Source of the DNA: Candidatus Latescibacterota bacterium
GTDB lineage: Bacteria > Latescibacterota > CBDEFO01
Reading direction: 5' to 3'
Assembly: GCA_965248755.1 (NCBI GenBank)
Contig: OZ252149.1
Location: 608,001 to 672,000, forward strand
Length of the DNA stretch: 64,000 bases
Below, one piece after another: positions 1 to 12,261 of the stretch. Made by a program: the position numbers and the translations under genes. The first letter of the stretch is position 1, and each line of letters opens with the position of its first letter. The notes beneath the pieces were generated by a model. It worked only from the letters and a program-made list of their open reading frames with translations. It was not told the DNA's origin and ran no database searches.

Positions 1-2489
1 TCGCCGCAATCGCTGGCCTGGAAGCGGCAGGCCTTCCAGGCGCTGAAGTAGCTGGGCCGCACCGTGGCGTCCCAGGCGCCCCGCTGGTGGCGGCCGGTGA
101 GCACCAGGCGGTGCTCGGGGTTCATCTGCTCCAGCTCCACCTGGCGCCGGGGCGTCAGCAGGCTGACGTCGATCGGTTCGGCCAGGGGCGTGCCGAGGAA
201 CTCGGTGACCTGTCGCACCTGGGAGAAGTCGTCGAGGTTGGACTGGGTCCAGTTGTAGGCGAGATCGACGTTTGACAAGGACTGGCTGTCCCACACCCGT
301 GTCCACGACAACACCAGGTCGATGCCGCGGTTGCCGGTATCGAAGTCATTGGAGAAGAACTTGATCTCCTGGAGAACGCTGACTCCCTCCAGGGCCTCCG
401 TCTCCCGGATGAGACTGGCGATCTCCTCGGTGATCTTGATGTTCCCCGTCAGGGAGATGCGGTCCTCGATGGAGATGTCGAAGTAGTCGAGGGTCAGATC
501 GAGTTCGTCGGTGAGCTCCACGGCGGTGCCGACCGAAAAGCCCACGGACTTCTCCTCGGTCAGTGCCACGCCGCCCAGGGCCGCGGCGATGGGATGGGTG
601 GGCGGTACCTGCCCCTGTTCGGTCAGACCGCCGATGCCGGAGAAGCCGGTGGTCACGGCGGTGAAGTTGGCCTGGCCGGGCGACGGGGCGCGGAAGCCGG
701 TGCTGGCCGTCGAGCGCAGGATGACCCGGTCGCTGGCCCGCCACAGGGCCGAGAGCTTGCCGTTGAGGGTGTTGCCGAAGTCGTCGTAGAAGTCCTCGTA
801 GCGCAGGGCCGTGCCCAGCTGCAACGCCGGCACCACGTCCGCCTGCACGTCCAGGTAGAAGGCGTAGTTGGGGCGGCTCCACGCGCCGGCGTTTCTCGGG
901 TCCAGCCCCTGGTAGCCGTTGGAACCGCTGCTGAAGCCCTGCTCGGCGTACGGGCCGAGTACATAGGAGGCCTCGTCGCCGGCCACGGACTCGAAGGTCT
1001 CTTGGCGCCACTCGGCTCCCCAGGCGACGTCGAGGGGGGACGCCAGGGCCCCCACCTCCACCGCGTGGGAGAAGTCGAGGTTGGCCGCTACTTCGGTCTG
1101 GATGTAGTCGCGCGGGCGGAACGAGGTCGGCGTATCCGGCCCCAGCGAGGCGTTGATGGTGTTGAAGATGAAGAACTCGATGTTGCTGCGGGCGGCGCTG
1201 ACGCTAGCGTCCCACTTGAGGCCGCTGCCGCGTTCGCCGCGCAGCCCGGCCACCAGGCTCAAATCGCGGATGTCGGCGCCGAAGCGTGGTGTGAAACCGC
1301 CGGGGAAGCGCTCGTTGAACAGGAAAAGGTCGCCCTTGTAGCGTTCGACGAAAGCCTGGACCTCCTCGAAGCTGGCGTCCAAGGAGGGGACGTCCAGGTT
1401 CGAGGGGTCGACGTCGTCGCCGAGGTCGAGATCGGCTACCGCCCGCTCATCGCCGATGCGAAAGACGCCGCCGCGCGCCGAGGAGGTGCCCGGGGCGCGG
1501 AAGAAGAATCCCCCTTCGGTCCGGCGCTTGGCCCAACCGCCAAAGCCGTAGGCTTCGGCCCGGATGTCGAGATCGACCCCGGCGTTGAAGAAGGTGTTCC
1601 AGGCACCGTCGACGTCGGGGCTGCCCCAGATCTGCGCCGGGTGCTCGACGGGATAGCCTCGGTCGCTCAGGGTCGCGGCATTGGCGCGGGTGCCGCTGCG
1701 TATGGTCGGGTCGAGCTGGCGGTACTCGAGGCTGAGATTGAAGAACCCGTCCCGGGTGAGCGGCAACCCGACGTTGGCGGCGGCCTGGACCAGGCGGCCG
1801 TCCCCCTCGGAGTACTGGCCACCGCGCATTTCCACAAGCACGCCTTCGGAGGCTTCGCGCAATCTCATGTTCAGGACCCCGGCGATGGCGTCGGAGCCGT
1901 ACTGGGCGGCAGCGCCGCCCCGGAGAATCTCAATCTGCTCGATGGCGATGGTCGGAATCACGCTCAAATCCGGTCCTTGCGAGCCGGCATTGAGCGAGCT
2001 GCCCAGCAGGGCAATCACGCCGGAGCGATGACGGCGCTTGCCGTTGACCAGCACCAGGAGGTTGTCCGGGGGCAGGCCCCGGAGAGTGGCGGGGCGCACC
2101 AGGGTCGCCTCGTCGTCAATGCCGTGCCGCTGGATGTTGTACGATGGCACCAGGGTGCGCAGGATATCGTCCATATCGACAGCGGCCTGGGTGCGCAGCT
2201 CTTCCGCATTCAGCACATCCACGGGCGCGGCCGATTCCTTCACCGAGCGCGGCGCATGCCGAGACCCTACGACCACCACTTCTTCGAGTACGTGGACAGT
2301 GTCGATGTAGGACCCTCCTTTGCGGATACCCTCTTCCTCAGAGGCGGTCTCTTCCACCGTCTCCTCGGACCACACCACCGCCCCGGCGAGAAGCGAGGCA
2401 ACGAGGGCGAGACTCAGGGCAGCCGTCCAAAAGGGACGCATCAGACCAGCCAGGGATGATGCCATCTCTGCATATATTCTTCTCCGCAT
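1..2489 (-). CDS. TonB-dependent receptor (3' end runs off the window)
   Basis: Not in the ORF track because no stop lies in the window. Manual translation from ATG 2489 (AGGAGG at 2495-2500) gives MRRRIYAEMASSLAGLMRPFWTAALSLALVASLLAGAVVWS...LEEVVVVGSR...APVDVL...LRGLPPDNLLVLVNGKRRH...IEILRGGAAAQYGSDAIAGVLN, i.e. TonB box and plug motifs; same frame at position 1. Confidence 0.93.
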   Translation of the reverse strand, partial: MRRRIYAEMASSLAGLMRPFWTAALSLALVASLLAGAVVWSEETVEETASEEEGIRKGGSYIDTVHVLEEVVVVGSRHAPRSVKESAAPVDVLNAEELRTQAAVDMDDILRTLVPSYNIQRHGIDDEATLVRPATLRGLPPDNLLVLVNGKRRHRSGVIALLGSSLNAGSQGPDLSVIPTIAIEQIEILRGGAAAQYGSDAIAGVLNMRLREASEGVLVEMRGGQYSEGDGRLVQAAANVGLPLTRDGFFNLSLEYRQLDPTIRSGTRANAATLSDRGYPVEHPAQIWGSPDVDGAWNTFFNAGVDLDIRAEAYGFGGWAKRRTEGGFFFRAPGTSSARGGVFRIGDERAVADLDLGDDVDPSNLDVPSLDASFEEVQAFVERYKGDLFLFNERFPGGFTPRFGADIRDLSLVAGLRGERGSGLKWDASVSAARSNIEFFIFNTINASLGPDTPTSFRPRDYIQTEVAANLDFSHAVEVGALASPLDVAWGAEWRQETFESVAGDEASYVLGPYAEQGFSSGSNGYQGLDPRNAGAWSRPNYAFYLDVQADVVPALQLGTALRYEDFYDDFGNTLNGKLSALWRASDRVILRSTASTGFRAPSPGQANFTAVTTGFSGIGGLTEQGQVPPTHPIAAALGGVALTEEKSVGFSVGTAVELTDELDLTLDYFDISIEDRISLTGNIKITEEIASLIRETEALEGVSVLQEIKFFSNDFDTGNRGIDLVLSWTRVWDSQSLSNVDLAYNWTQSNLDDFSQVRQVTEFLGTPLAEPIDVSLLTPRRQVELEQMNPEHRLVLTGRHQRGAWDATVRPSYFSAWKACRFQASDCG

Positions 2490-2546
2490 ATAAACCTCCT
2501 GTTTGATGATCTTCTCGACTTGCAAAAATAACGGACACCTGAAACC

Positions 2547-2655
2547 AATTCCTCGATGACCTCCGTGCGGATGTAGTCACCCGGATGAGAAGGGGCCATC
2601 TTCACTTTGATGCCGTTGGTAGCCATCAGTGGCAATCCTCCAAGTTCAAGCGGTC
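2547..2655 (-). pseudogene. higB-higA toxin-antitoxin remnant
   Basis: DRLNLEDCH* resembles the HigB C-terminus (LDYEDYH*) and overlaps (TGATG) MATNGIKVKMAPSHPGDYIRTEVIEEL, a HigA-like N-terminus that breaks off before the HTH. Confidence 0.6.
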
Positions 2656-2691
2656 GTGGCTCTTCTATATATGACACACTTCGCATCCTCG

Positions 2692-2891
2692 TCACATGTG
2701 CAGGAGTTCTATGCCCTTTCCGCAGGATCGGTCATCCTTGTCGAGAGCCGCAATGCCGGTCAGCGCGATGGGTGGACGGTCGGGGAATTCCGCCACCAAG
2801 CTCGATTTTCCGCCCATTGCTGCGACGTAGCCACCAAGCGTGGATATCAGCAGATCGCTACGCTTTTCGATACGGGATACGTTTTCCTGAT
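2692..2891 (-). pseudogene. XRE-family HTH regulator/antitoxin, 5'-truncated at the IS1595 end
   Basis: QENVSRIEKRSDLLISTLGGYVAAMGGKSSLVAEFPDRPPIALTG matches the C-terminal half of XRE antitoxin-like proteins; N-terminus absent. Confidence 0.7.
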
Positions 2892-3748
2892 GGTAATGCA
2901 TGACTAAAGTTGCACTAACTCGTGTCACTTAGAGCCTGTTGATGGAGTAGCTTTCTTATAAGAGGAAGTAGATTTTCGTGGCGGTGGTTGAAACACCACT
3001 TTACCTCTTTAAGGTAACGGTGGAAGAAGCTTCTGTCAACACCTCGATATTGATAGAGCCAGTGTTTGGCATACGACCAGAAGCCTTCCACTCCATTGAG
3101 GTGATCTCTTCCTTTAGCTATACTTTTGTGTTTTGGCATTACCACGTGGTTGCCGCTGATAGAAAGCGAGGCATAGGCTATCCAATTATCGGTGTAATAC
3201 AAGCTCCCTGGTCTGGTGTGTTGGGTAATCAGAGGCAGTAGTGAGTCACGACTCCTTGAGGGGACAGCAAAGGTCAACACCTTACCCCTTCTCTGATACA
3301 TTCCAAAGACAATAACTTTACCTTCAGCACCCCAACCTCGCTTACCTGGTCTTTTGCCACCGAACATAGCTTCATCCATCTCTATCTCTCCAGATAGGAA
3401 CCTCAACTCCTCCAGAGAATCCTGGTAGATAGCAAGGTGAACTATACGGTAGAAACGCTCAATAGTATGTAGGTGTATTGGAACTCGAAACCTTAACCGG
3501 TAAGCTGGAACCGCAAGACCAAAAAACTTAATGAGCCTCCCCTTCCAGTAGGGAGAAATCTTGCTCTTGGACCAGTAGCTATTGGTTCGAAAATGGTAGT
3601 CCCTGAGACACCCTTGACAACGATATCTACCACCCGATAATTTCCAAAATTTGGTGCACCTACAGTAGCTACATTTTCGCATAGCTCAATATACAGTAAT
3701 AATCGACTCTTCGCAAGATCATAAGGTGTATAATGTTGTAGTCTTACC
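2892..3748 (-). mobile_element. IS1595-family insertion sequence (~857 bp)
   Basis: Contains an IS1595 transposase; both ends read GGTAA inward (2892 ggtaatgc; 3748 ggtaagac on minus) with weak similarity beyond; both flanking genes break at these points; no target duplication. Confidence 0.7.
2915..3682 (-). CDS. IS1595-family (ISXO2-like) transposase
   Basis: N-terminal CxxC..CxxC ribbon; EIEMDEAMFGG, GKRGWGAEGK, YYTDNW, HLNGVEGFWSYAK motifs. Confidence 0.92.
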   Translation of the reverse strand: MRKCSYCRCTKFWKLSGGRYRCQGCLRDYHFRTNSYWSKSKISPYWKGRLIKFFGLAVPAYRLRFRVPIHLHTIERFYRIVHLAIYQDSLEELRFLSGEIEMDEAMFGGKRPGKRGWGAEGKVIVFGMYQRRGKVLTFAVPSRSRDSLLPLITQHTRPGSLYYTDNWIAYASLSISGNHVVMPKHKSIAKGRDHLNGVEGFWSYAKHWLYQYRGVDRSFFHRYLKEVKWCFNHRHENLLPLIRKLLHQQALSDTS

Positions 3749-5584
3749 AAAGAAAAAATCGTTACCAAAGGTATTTTGGCCTGTGATTACTATACCCAGA
3801 TCACCATCGTTGTCAAAATCTCCCAAACCCACATCGCCATCCCACAATCCGAAGATTCCCACAGAGTCGTCCTTCTCCAGGATCCCATCGTAATTCCTGT
3901 AGAATATCGTCTGCGAGCGTCCATCAAAATTCTCACCCGCAAGGATCAAGTCCAAATCCCCATCGTTGTCCATATCGCCCCAGCCCGTAGCGCTACTACG
4001 CATGCCCTTTATGCGTTGGTTGGAATCTACAAACCTTTGGATCGTCAACTTTCTTGCTGGAGACCACTCAGATTTCCTGAACCCGCTGTCCACAGTCTGA
4101 ACGCTCCATAGGAAGTCCCCCTGCTCCAAGGCAGTAGAAAGGGCCTTGCTGTTATTCTTCCCTATGTTTCCTATCCCAACTCTGCTCAATCCGGAGATAA
4201 TCTTGTTCGGATTGGAGTCATCGCCCAATCTGAGGTTATAGGTCAGATCCCTTTCCGTAGTTATGTCGTCAGAGCCGCTGCCCCATACGAACGTCACCTT
4301 AGTGTCAGTCACAATAGCCCTCTCTAAACTGATCGGCTGATCAGGAGGGAGGTTTCCCGTATCCTCATCATTCCCGTATATTAGGGATACTCTCTGTCCA
4401 TCACTGCCCTCTCCGCTCGATATTAGGTCCAGATTTCCATCATCATTATAATCACCCCAGTCCCCACTACCCCCTACCAGTCCGATAAGGTTCTCTTGCG
4501 TTGCATCCTCAGCCAGGACTCCGTTGTCATTCTTGAGCACAAATACAGACTTTTGGGAAAACTGATTCTGCCCGATAGCAGACAGATCTAAATCTCCGTC
4601 GTTGTCGAAGTCTCCCCACGAAAGAGAACCGACTAGCCCTTTCGTAAACGTCCTTGAGAAGAATCTGTCCTCCACGAGTGTCCCCGTGGGATTATTTTTA
4701 TAGATGATTATCTTCGATTGCCAAAGATTGTTCCAACCTGAGAGGGCAAGGTCATCATCCCCGTCGTTGTCGAAGTCCCCCCAGGCTAACGAGCCCTGGG
4801 TGACCTTTTCTAAATTGACAGATATGTCTTCCAGAAAAGTGCCTAAAGGATCGTTCTTGTATACAAATGACGCCCGTGCGCCCTGCGCGCTAAATCCTGT
4901 GATAACCAGATCCAGATCACCGTCGTCATCATAGTCTCCAAAAGCGACATCGCCCTTGTTCAAATCTGCTATCGCCTCGCTGTTTGCCTGATCAATAACA
5001 AATCTTCCGTCTTCATTCCTATATATCGTAGTTGAAGCAAAGCCACGGTCATGCATACCCATTATTACCAGATCCAGATCACCGTCTCCATCGTAGTCGC
5101 CAAAGGCCAACGAACTGTACTTGAATCCTGTTCTCCCTTGATGCGTGTCGCCTATCTGATCCTGTATAATATCTTCTTCAAACCGTCCGTTGTTATTCTC
5201 ATATATCCTGGCTATCTCATGGTTGTCTTCATCCCAACCTGAAAGGGCTATATCCAGGTCCCCGTCGTTGTCATAATCACCCCATATAGCCGAACCGAAG
5301 TAGATCCCCCCATCCTCTAATTCCTGCATTCCACTGTTCGGAAATGCCCCACCGGTATTGGTATAGACCCTTGCTATTCTTCCAAATGCAGGATCCCCTT
5401 CAGAACCCGTCTGTCCCGTGATTAACAGATCCAAATCCCCATCGTCATCGTAGTCGCCCAGATCTATAGAACCAGCCCAGACCCCTGGTATATTCCCTAT
5501 ACCGGTATCTATCAGGTCTCCAGCCCAGATCGTTCCCGCCAAGGAAAAAAGGATGCTCAATGTCAGAATCGTTTTTGTTATCAT
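3749..5584 (-). pseudogene. Secreted FG-GAP/VCBS-repeat protein with FN3-like domain, 3'-truncated by IS1595
   Basis: Signal peptide; many (W/F)GDYDNDGDLD repeats; a second repeat series is cut after about 2 repeats and the last codons (GKTTTLYTL*) come from the IS. Confidence 0.8.
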
Positions 5585-5683
5585 AAGAATACCAAACGTT
5601 TTAGCCCAGAGAGACTGTCTGTAGTTAATCTACATAAACATATGCCGGAGGAATTCACAACTGTCTAATTATGAACATCAAGT

Positions 5684-5712
5684 ATTATACAAAAACACCT
5701 CACCCTTGTCAA
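5684..5712 (-). promoter_or_regulatory. Consensus sigma70 promoter for the FG-GAP gene
   Basis: Minus strand TTGACA-17 nt-TATAAT, 100 bp upstream of ATG 5584. Confidence 0.8.
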
Positions 5713-5727
5713 CACTTTTATTGACAT

Positions 5728-7515
<1,788 letters not shown>

Positions 7516-7538
7516 AGGGCAAACAGCGATCTTTCACA

Positions 7539-7565
7539 GTAGGGGCAAGGTAACCTCGCCCTTAC
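7539..7565 (+). repeat. GTAG-type REP-like palindrome
   Basis: gtaggggcaaggtaacctcgcccttac; relatives near 25020, 38343, 47242. Confidence 0.6.
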
Positions 7566-7675
7566 CAAAATTTAGATGCAAATCCAAAACTTGTCTGTGA
7601 TGCAGAACACACCGAAGACTGCAAGTGCAACTAAAATATCAAATTCTGTGAAAAGAGTCAACAACTAAATCACAA

Positions 7676-8869
7676 TTACTGCACCCTTTTACGCTCAACT
7701 TTCTTCCCGGTCACTTCTTTTTCTTTCCACTGGAACTTCATAAGATATCCGAGCAGACCGAAAAGGGCAATATATGGAACGTGCAGTATCTCCACAAGTG
7801 GGAAGTATCTCAAAAGTCCCTTTACCCGAAATAGCCTTGTCACCTTCCAAAGAACCACAAAATCTAGGCACGCCTTCATTCCGAAGGCGTAAAGCGGGGC
7901 CGGGTACTTTGCTGGATTTACAATTGAAAGGGGGAGCAGTAGAAAAAGCAAAAGATGAAAAAGATATACGATAACCCCCAGAGACAAGATCGAAGTTGAG
8001 TAATAAGCGGCTTTGGAGGAGTGTCTGAGCTTCTGATTGAAGAGAGTATAAGGGTCTCTGGGGGGCGGTCCACATGGAACGAAGCTCCCAGGTGAGAGGG
8101 AGTGTATTATCTTCCAATCCGTCTTCTCTCTTAAAAGACGCATAAATAATACGTCGTCTCCCGATATAATCTCCCCTATCTTGTCGAATCCGCCCGCCTC
8201 TATGAACGCCTCTTTTCTATATCCCAAATTCCGACCCGTGCAGGAGATGGGGACTCCTACGCCTATGCTCCCTGCGGACAAGGCGGCGATATAGAGGGAT
8301 TCTAATGCGACCATCTTCTGCACGAGCGTTTTTCCCTTGTCTAGGGGCGAAAACCCTGCCACGAGTCCGACTTCCGGCTCGAAATGCCCTACCATATCCC
8401 CTATCCACGAACAAGGGGGGCGACAGTCGGCGTCAGTTAAAAGAATGATCTCTCCCCTACTCGATTCGATCCCCAAGTTCAAAGCGTTCTTTTTGGGACA
8501 GGCGTATAGTGGCTCCCCAGTAACGTTCAACAGTCGGAAGTTGTAATATCTATCCTCAAAAGAGCTTGCTATCTGCTCTGTGTCGTCGCTGGATCTATCG
8601 TTTACCACCACCACCTCATACATATCGTCAGGATATTCCTGAAGCGCCAGAGCCGACAGACAAGCCTCGATGTTCTCCTCTTCGTTCCTGGCAGCCACGA
8701 TTACGGAGACCATAGACAGAGTGGTATTTCGCCCCTTTCTATTTCTGAATAACCCCAAAAAGATCGCGCCCACAACTACACAGTACAAAATGCCCAGGGC
8801 GATCAAGACGTTAGAGATAATTTCATAGATCAAGAATCTTTTTCTTCCTTGTCTTTGTGGGCGAGGCAA
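7676..8869 (-). CDS. Glycosyltransferase family 2, membrane-bound (start probably slightly downstream)
   Basis: VSVIVAARNEE, LLTDADC (DxD), ISGDDV, C-terminal TM helices. Confidence 0.92.
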   Translation of the reverse strand: MPRPQRQGRKRFLIYEIISNVLIALGILYCVVVGAIFLGLFRNRKGRNTTLSMVSVIVAARNEEENIEACLSALALQEYPDDMYEVVVVNDRSSDDTEQIASSFEDRYYNFRLLNVTGEPLYACPKKNALNLGIESSRGEIILLTDADCRPPCSWIGDMVGHFEPEVGLVAGFSPLDKGKTLVQKMVALESLYIAALSAGSIGVGVPISCTGRNLGYRKEAFIEAGGFDKIGEIISGDDVLFMRLLREKTDWKIIHSLSPGSFVPCGPPPRDPYTLFNQKLRHSSKAAYYSTSILSLGVIVYLFHLLLFLLLPLSIVNPAKYPAPLYAFGMKACLDFVVLWKVTRLFRVKGLLRYFPLVEILHVPYIALFGLLGYLMKFQWKEKEVTGKKVERKRVQ

Positions 8870-8887
8870 TCTCTTCCCAAAAAAGTT

Positions 8888-8950
8888 GGTGGGTCAGACA
8901 TTCCTGTCTGACATGGATACTTTGAGAACAGACAAGAATGTCCGTTCTAC
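8888..8950. repeat. REP-like doublet
   Basis: ggtgggtcagacattcctgtctgac plus agaacagacaagaatgtccgttctac; recurs at ~27351-27417, 35360-35425, 53830-53901. Confidence 0.75.
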
Positions 8951-9183
8951 TTTCGGTATTTTTGGTGTTCCAAGCCCCTACATTTCTGAATCAGTGTCAA
9001 GGTGAAAGATACCACATTTACAATTACAATTCAAGGGAAAAGTATTATTCTCCAGTGGGGACTGAGAGATTATTTGTTGACCTCCAGCAATTTCTTTTGT
9101 ATTTTCCTACGCAAGTACCTGACCAAAAAATCATGACATGCTGTGGTAAAGTTTTACCAACCCTAAAAAAGAGGAGGTTCAAA

Positions 9184-10631
9184 ATGCAACGTATAACCCT
9201 TTCTATTCTGATACTCCTGGTCGCTTTGAATACGACTGCCTCCGCACAAGTCCTGTTCGCAGCCAGGACCAACTATCTTGCTGGAAATGGTCCCACATCA
9301 GTTTCCAGTGCGGATTTCGATGGAGATGGAGATAATGACCTGGCTGTGGCTAATGAGTTCAGCAATAGTGTGTCAGTGTTGTTTAATAATGGAGATGGGA
9401 CATTTGCAGACTCTACCAGGGTGGACTATAGTCTTGGGTTTGATCCCACATCAGTTTTCAGTGCGGACATAGATAGTGATGGAGATAACGACTTAGCTGT
9501 GGCTAATGAGGGCAGCGATAATGTGTCAGTGCTGCTGAATAATGGAGATGGGACATTTGCACCCAGGGTGGACTACCCCGCAGGGGATGGTTCTCGCTCA
9601 GCGTTCAGTGCGGATTTCGATGGAGATGGAGACAATGACCTGGCTGTGGCTAATTTTAACAGCGATAATGTGTCAGTGTTATTGAATCTGTCTACCATGC
9701 CAGCTCCTCCTCCTGTAGACACAGCCTCAGTCAGCCTCCCGAACGTATCTACCTTGGTCGGCGATACAGTTTCAGTAGCTGTTGCTGTCCAGGAGGACGT
9801 GACAGGGCTTGGAATCTTCTCAGCCCAGATGAATATCAGTTATGATTCAGATCTAATAAAGGCAATAAATGTAGCGTTGGAAGGAACACTGACCCAGGGA
9901 TGGGTGATAGATGACACAGTTGTAACAGGCATCGGAACATCTATAGACACTGTCAAGATCGCAATAGCGACTCCGGGACCTGACACATTATCAGGGTCGG
10001 GAGATATAGTCCGTATCAAGTTTGCAGTCTCCGATTCGGCAGCCATAGGTGATTCCATACCATTAGTCTTTGAGGAATTCTTCTTCAACGAAGGCGATCC
10101 AGCGGCAAATGCACAGGACGGGTCTGTGCAAATTCTGGAATTAGGAGACATCAGCGGCAACGGAAGGGTGACGGCGTTCGATGCTTCTTTGGTGCTTAGA
10201 TCCACAGTAGGTCTCTTTGTAATCTCTGACACCCTGATAGCAGATGTCAGTGGAGACGGCACCATAAGCGCCTTTGATGCCTCCTTGATGCTCAGGTTCG
10301 TTGTCGGTAAAATAACTATATTTCCTGCCGAGACAGGAGGCACTCCTAAAATTGTGCTTGGCGAAAGGATTGTCAGTTTAGGTGATATAAAGACTTTGCC
10401 TGATGGCCGCTTTGTACTCCCTATTCTCATAGATGAAATGGACGGTGTCCTCTCAGGTCAATTTGAACTCTCCTTCAATCCGATCAAGCTAAAACCATTA
10501 GATGCTACGACATCCGATCTGACTTCTGATTATCTTTTCGTCCATAATGCTCAAGACGGCAGATTAAAGCTATCGTTTGCCGCAGCAGAATCGGTTGAAG
10601 GCAGCGGCAGGATCGCAGAGATTATATTTGA
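9184..10631 (+). pseudogene. 5' part of secreted FG-GAP/cohesin/dockerin/cohesin/CTD protein, interrupted by the IS1380 unit
   Basis: GAGGAGG RBS at 9171, MQRITLSIL signal peptide, 3 FG-GAP repeats, cohesin (SGSGDIVRIKF..FFFNEG), dockerin (GDISGNGRVTAFDA..ADVSGDGTISAFDA), second cohesin broken at ...RIAEIIF. Confidence 0.88.
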
Positions 10632-12257
10632 CCCCCATTCGCCATATTAGACCCGAAAAATGGTTGTCAAAGTCGCCAGAACATGTTATATTACAATAAA
10701 TAAGACTCATAAATGGCGGATAAATATTGATCATCCAGAGGGTGAAAGAATGAAAGTAGGTTTTGATGGAGGAATAAAGCTTGAATTTCATGGTGCAAAG
10801 GTGACATCAAACGGTGGACTTCTTGCGTATCGTGACCTTGATTACGCACTGGGATTATTTGATTCGGTATCAGCGGTTTTTACCGATAAACGCACAGGCC
10901 GTAATATCCAACATGATATATCTACTCTCCTGCGTCAATCGATATACAGCCGTCTTGCAGGATATGAAGATGTAAATGACGCCGAGCGATTATCCGTTGA
11001 TCCCGTCATGCGAGCGATTACCGGAAAGAAGGACAAAGGCAGGCAAGCTGCCAGCTCCAACACGATAGGACGTTTTGAAACTGATATACTGACTCAGCAT
11101 GACAATCTCAGAAACTTGTCAGATATCAATGGCAAGTGGGTTCAAAAAGCGATGAGTAAAACACAGCATCAACGAATCATTCTGGACATGGACAGTTCGG
11201 AGAGTCCGGTACATGGCCAGCAGGAAGGATCAGCTTACAACGGTCATTTCGGATGTACCTGTTTTCATCCAGTGTTCTGCTTCAATCAGTTCGGGGATTG
11301 TGAAGGAGTCCTACTTCGCTCTGGTAATGTTCACAGTGCTGATCGTTGGAAGGAAGTTCTGGAACCGATCGTCAAGAGATACGAGAGCAAGAAGAATAGG
11401 AAATACTTTCGAGGCGATGCTGCATTCGCAAAGCCTGAGATTTATGATTATCTGGAGGGAAACGGCTATTTGTATGCCATTCGGCTTCCCGCAAATGAGA
11501 TACTCTATGAAAAGATACGATACCTGCTGACTCGGCCAGTTGGACGACCGCCGAGGAAACCGATTGTATCGTTATATGAATTTCAATATAAAGCGGCCAG
11601 TTGGGATCAATCGAGGCGAGTGGTCGCCAAGGTTGAATGGCACCAAGGGGAGTTATTCCCAAGAGTGGGATTTATCGTGACCAACATGAGCGCCAAGCCA
11701 GAAGGCGTGGTACACTTCTACAATGGCCGTGGCAGAGCTGAGCAGTGGATTAAGGAGGGCAAGTATGCTCTGAACTGGACCCGACTCTCATGCAAGCGTT
11801 TCGTCTCCAATCAGGTGAGGCTCTGGCTGTTTGTTCTGGCTTACAACTTGGGCAACTTCCTGCGACGTTTTGTTCTTCCGAAGAAAATCAAACACTGGTC
11901 ACTACGCAGCCTCCTCGTGAAATTTATCAAAATCGGAGCGAAGATTGTCAGACACAGCGGATATATTACGTTTCAAATGGCTGAGGTTGGGATAGACAAG
12001 AGGTTATTTGCCGAAATATTATCCCGGATTGAACGATTGCGATGTTATTCTGTTTAAACTGCCACATTTTTTTGTGAGTCGATGGAGAGGTGTCTCTAAT
12101 TGGAGGATTTAAACACAAAGAAAGTGATAATTCAGAGGAAAATACTATTTTAATTGAAAAAAGTACTTGTTGAAAAATGTAAAAGTGGTAATATTAATTC
12201 AGAAACAAGAATGTATCGAAATATAATCCCTCATGAATGTGATATGGGGAATGTCGG
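10632..12257 (+). mobile_element. IS1380-family insertion sequence (1,626 bp)
   Basis: IRL cccccattcgccatatt versus reverse complement of IRR ccgacattccccatatc (13/17 identical), enclosing an IS1380 transposase. Confidence 0.9.
10660..12057 (+). CDS. IS1380-family transposase (true start probably ~10726-10750)
   Basis: LEFHGAKVTSNGGLL, AGYEDVNDA, ILDMDSSESPVHGQQEGSAYNGHF, RGDAAF, FYNGRGRAEQWIKEGK motifs. Confidence 0.95.
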   Translation: MVVKVARTCYITINKTHKWRINIDHPEGERMKVGFDGGIKLEFHGAKVTSNGGLLAYRDLDYALGLFDSVSAVFTDKRTGRNIQHDISTLLRQSIYSRLAGYEDVNDAERLSVDPVMRAITGKKDKGRQAASSNTIGRFETDILTQHDNLRNLSDINGKWVQKAMSKTQHQRIILDMDSSESPVHGQQEGSAYNGHFGCTCFHPVFCFNQFGDCEGVLLRSGNVHSADRWKEVLEPIVKRYESKKNRKYFRGDAAFAKPEIYDYLEGNGYLYAIRLPANEILYEKIRYLLTRPVGRPPRKPIVSLYEFQYKAASWDQSRRVVAKVEWHQGELFPRVGFIVTNMSAKPEGVVHFYNGRGRAEQWIKEGKYALNWTRLSCKRFVSNQVRLWLFVLAYNLGNFLRRFVLPKKIKHWSLRSLLVKFIKIGAKIVRHSGYITFQMAEVGIDKRLFAEILSRIERLRCYSV

Positions 12258-12261
12258 ACTA

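Noticed and set aside
594..2459. 621-aa plus-strand ORF and other small ORFs in the first 2.5 kb
   Set aside because: Antisense or alternate-frame shadows of the high-GC TonB receptor gene; no recognisable motifs.
8938..9183. N-terminal extension of the FG-GAP/cohesin ORF
   Set aside because: Begins in a REP-like repeat; strong RBS and signal peptide are at 9184.
12154..12261. N-terminal extension of the BFN ORF
   Set aside because: Lies within the IS1380 right end; family similarity starts at ATG 12262.
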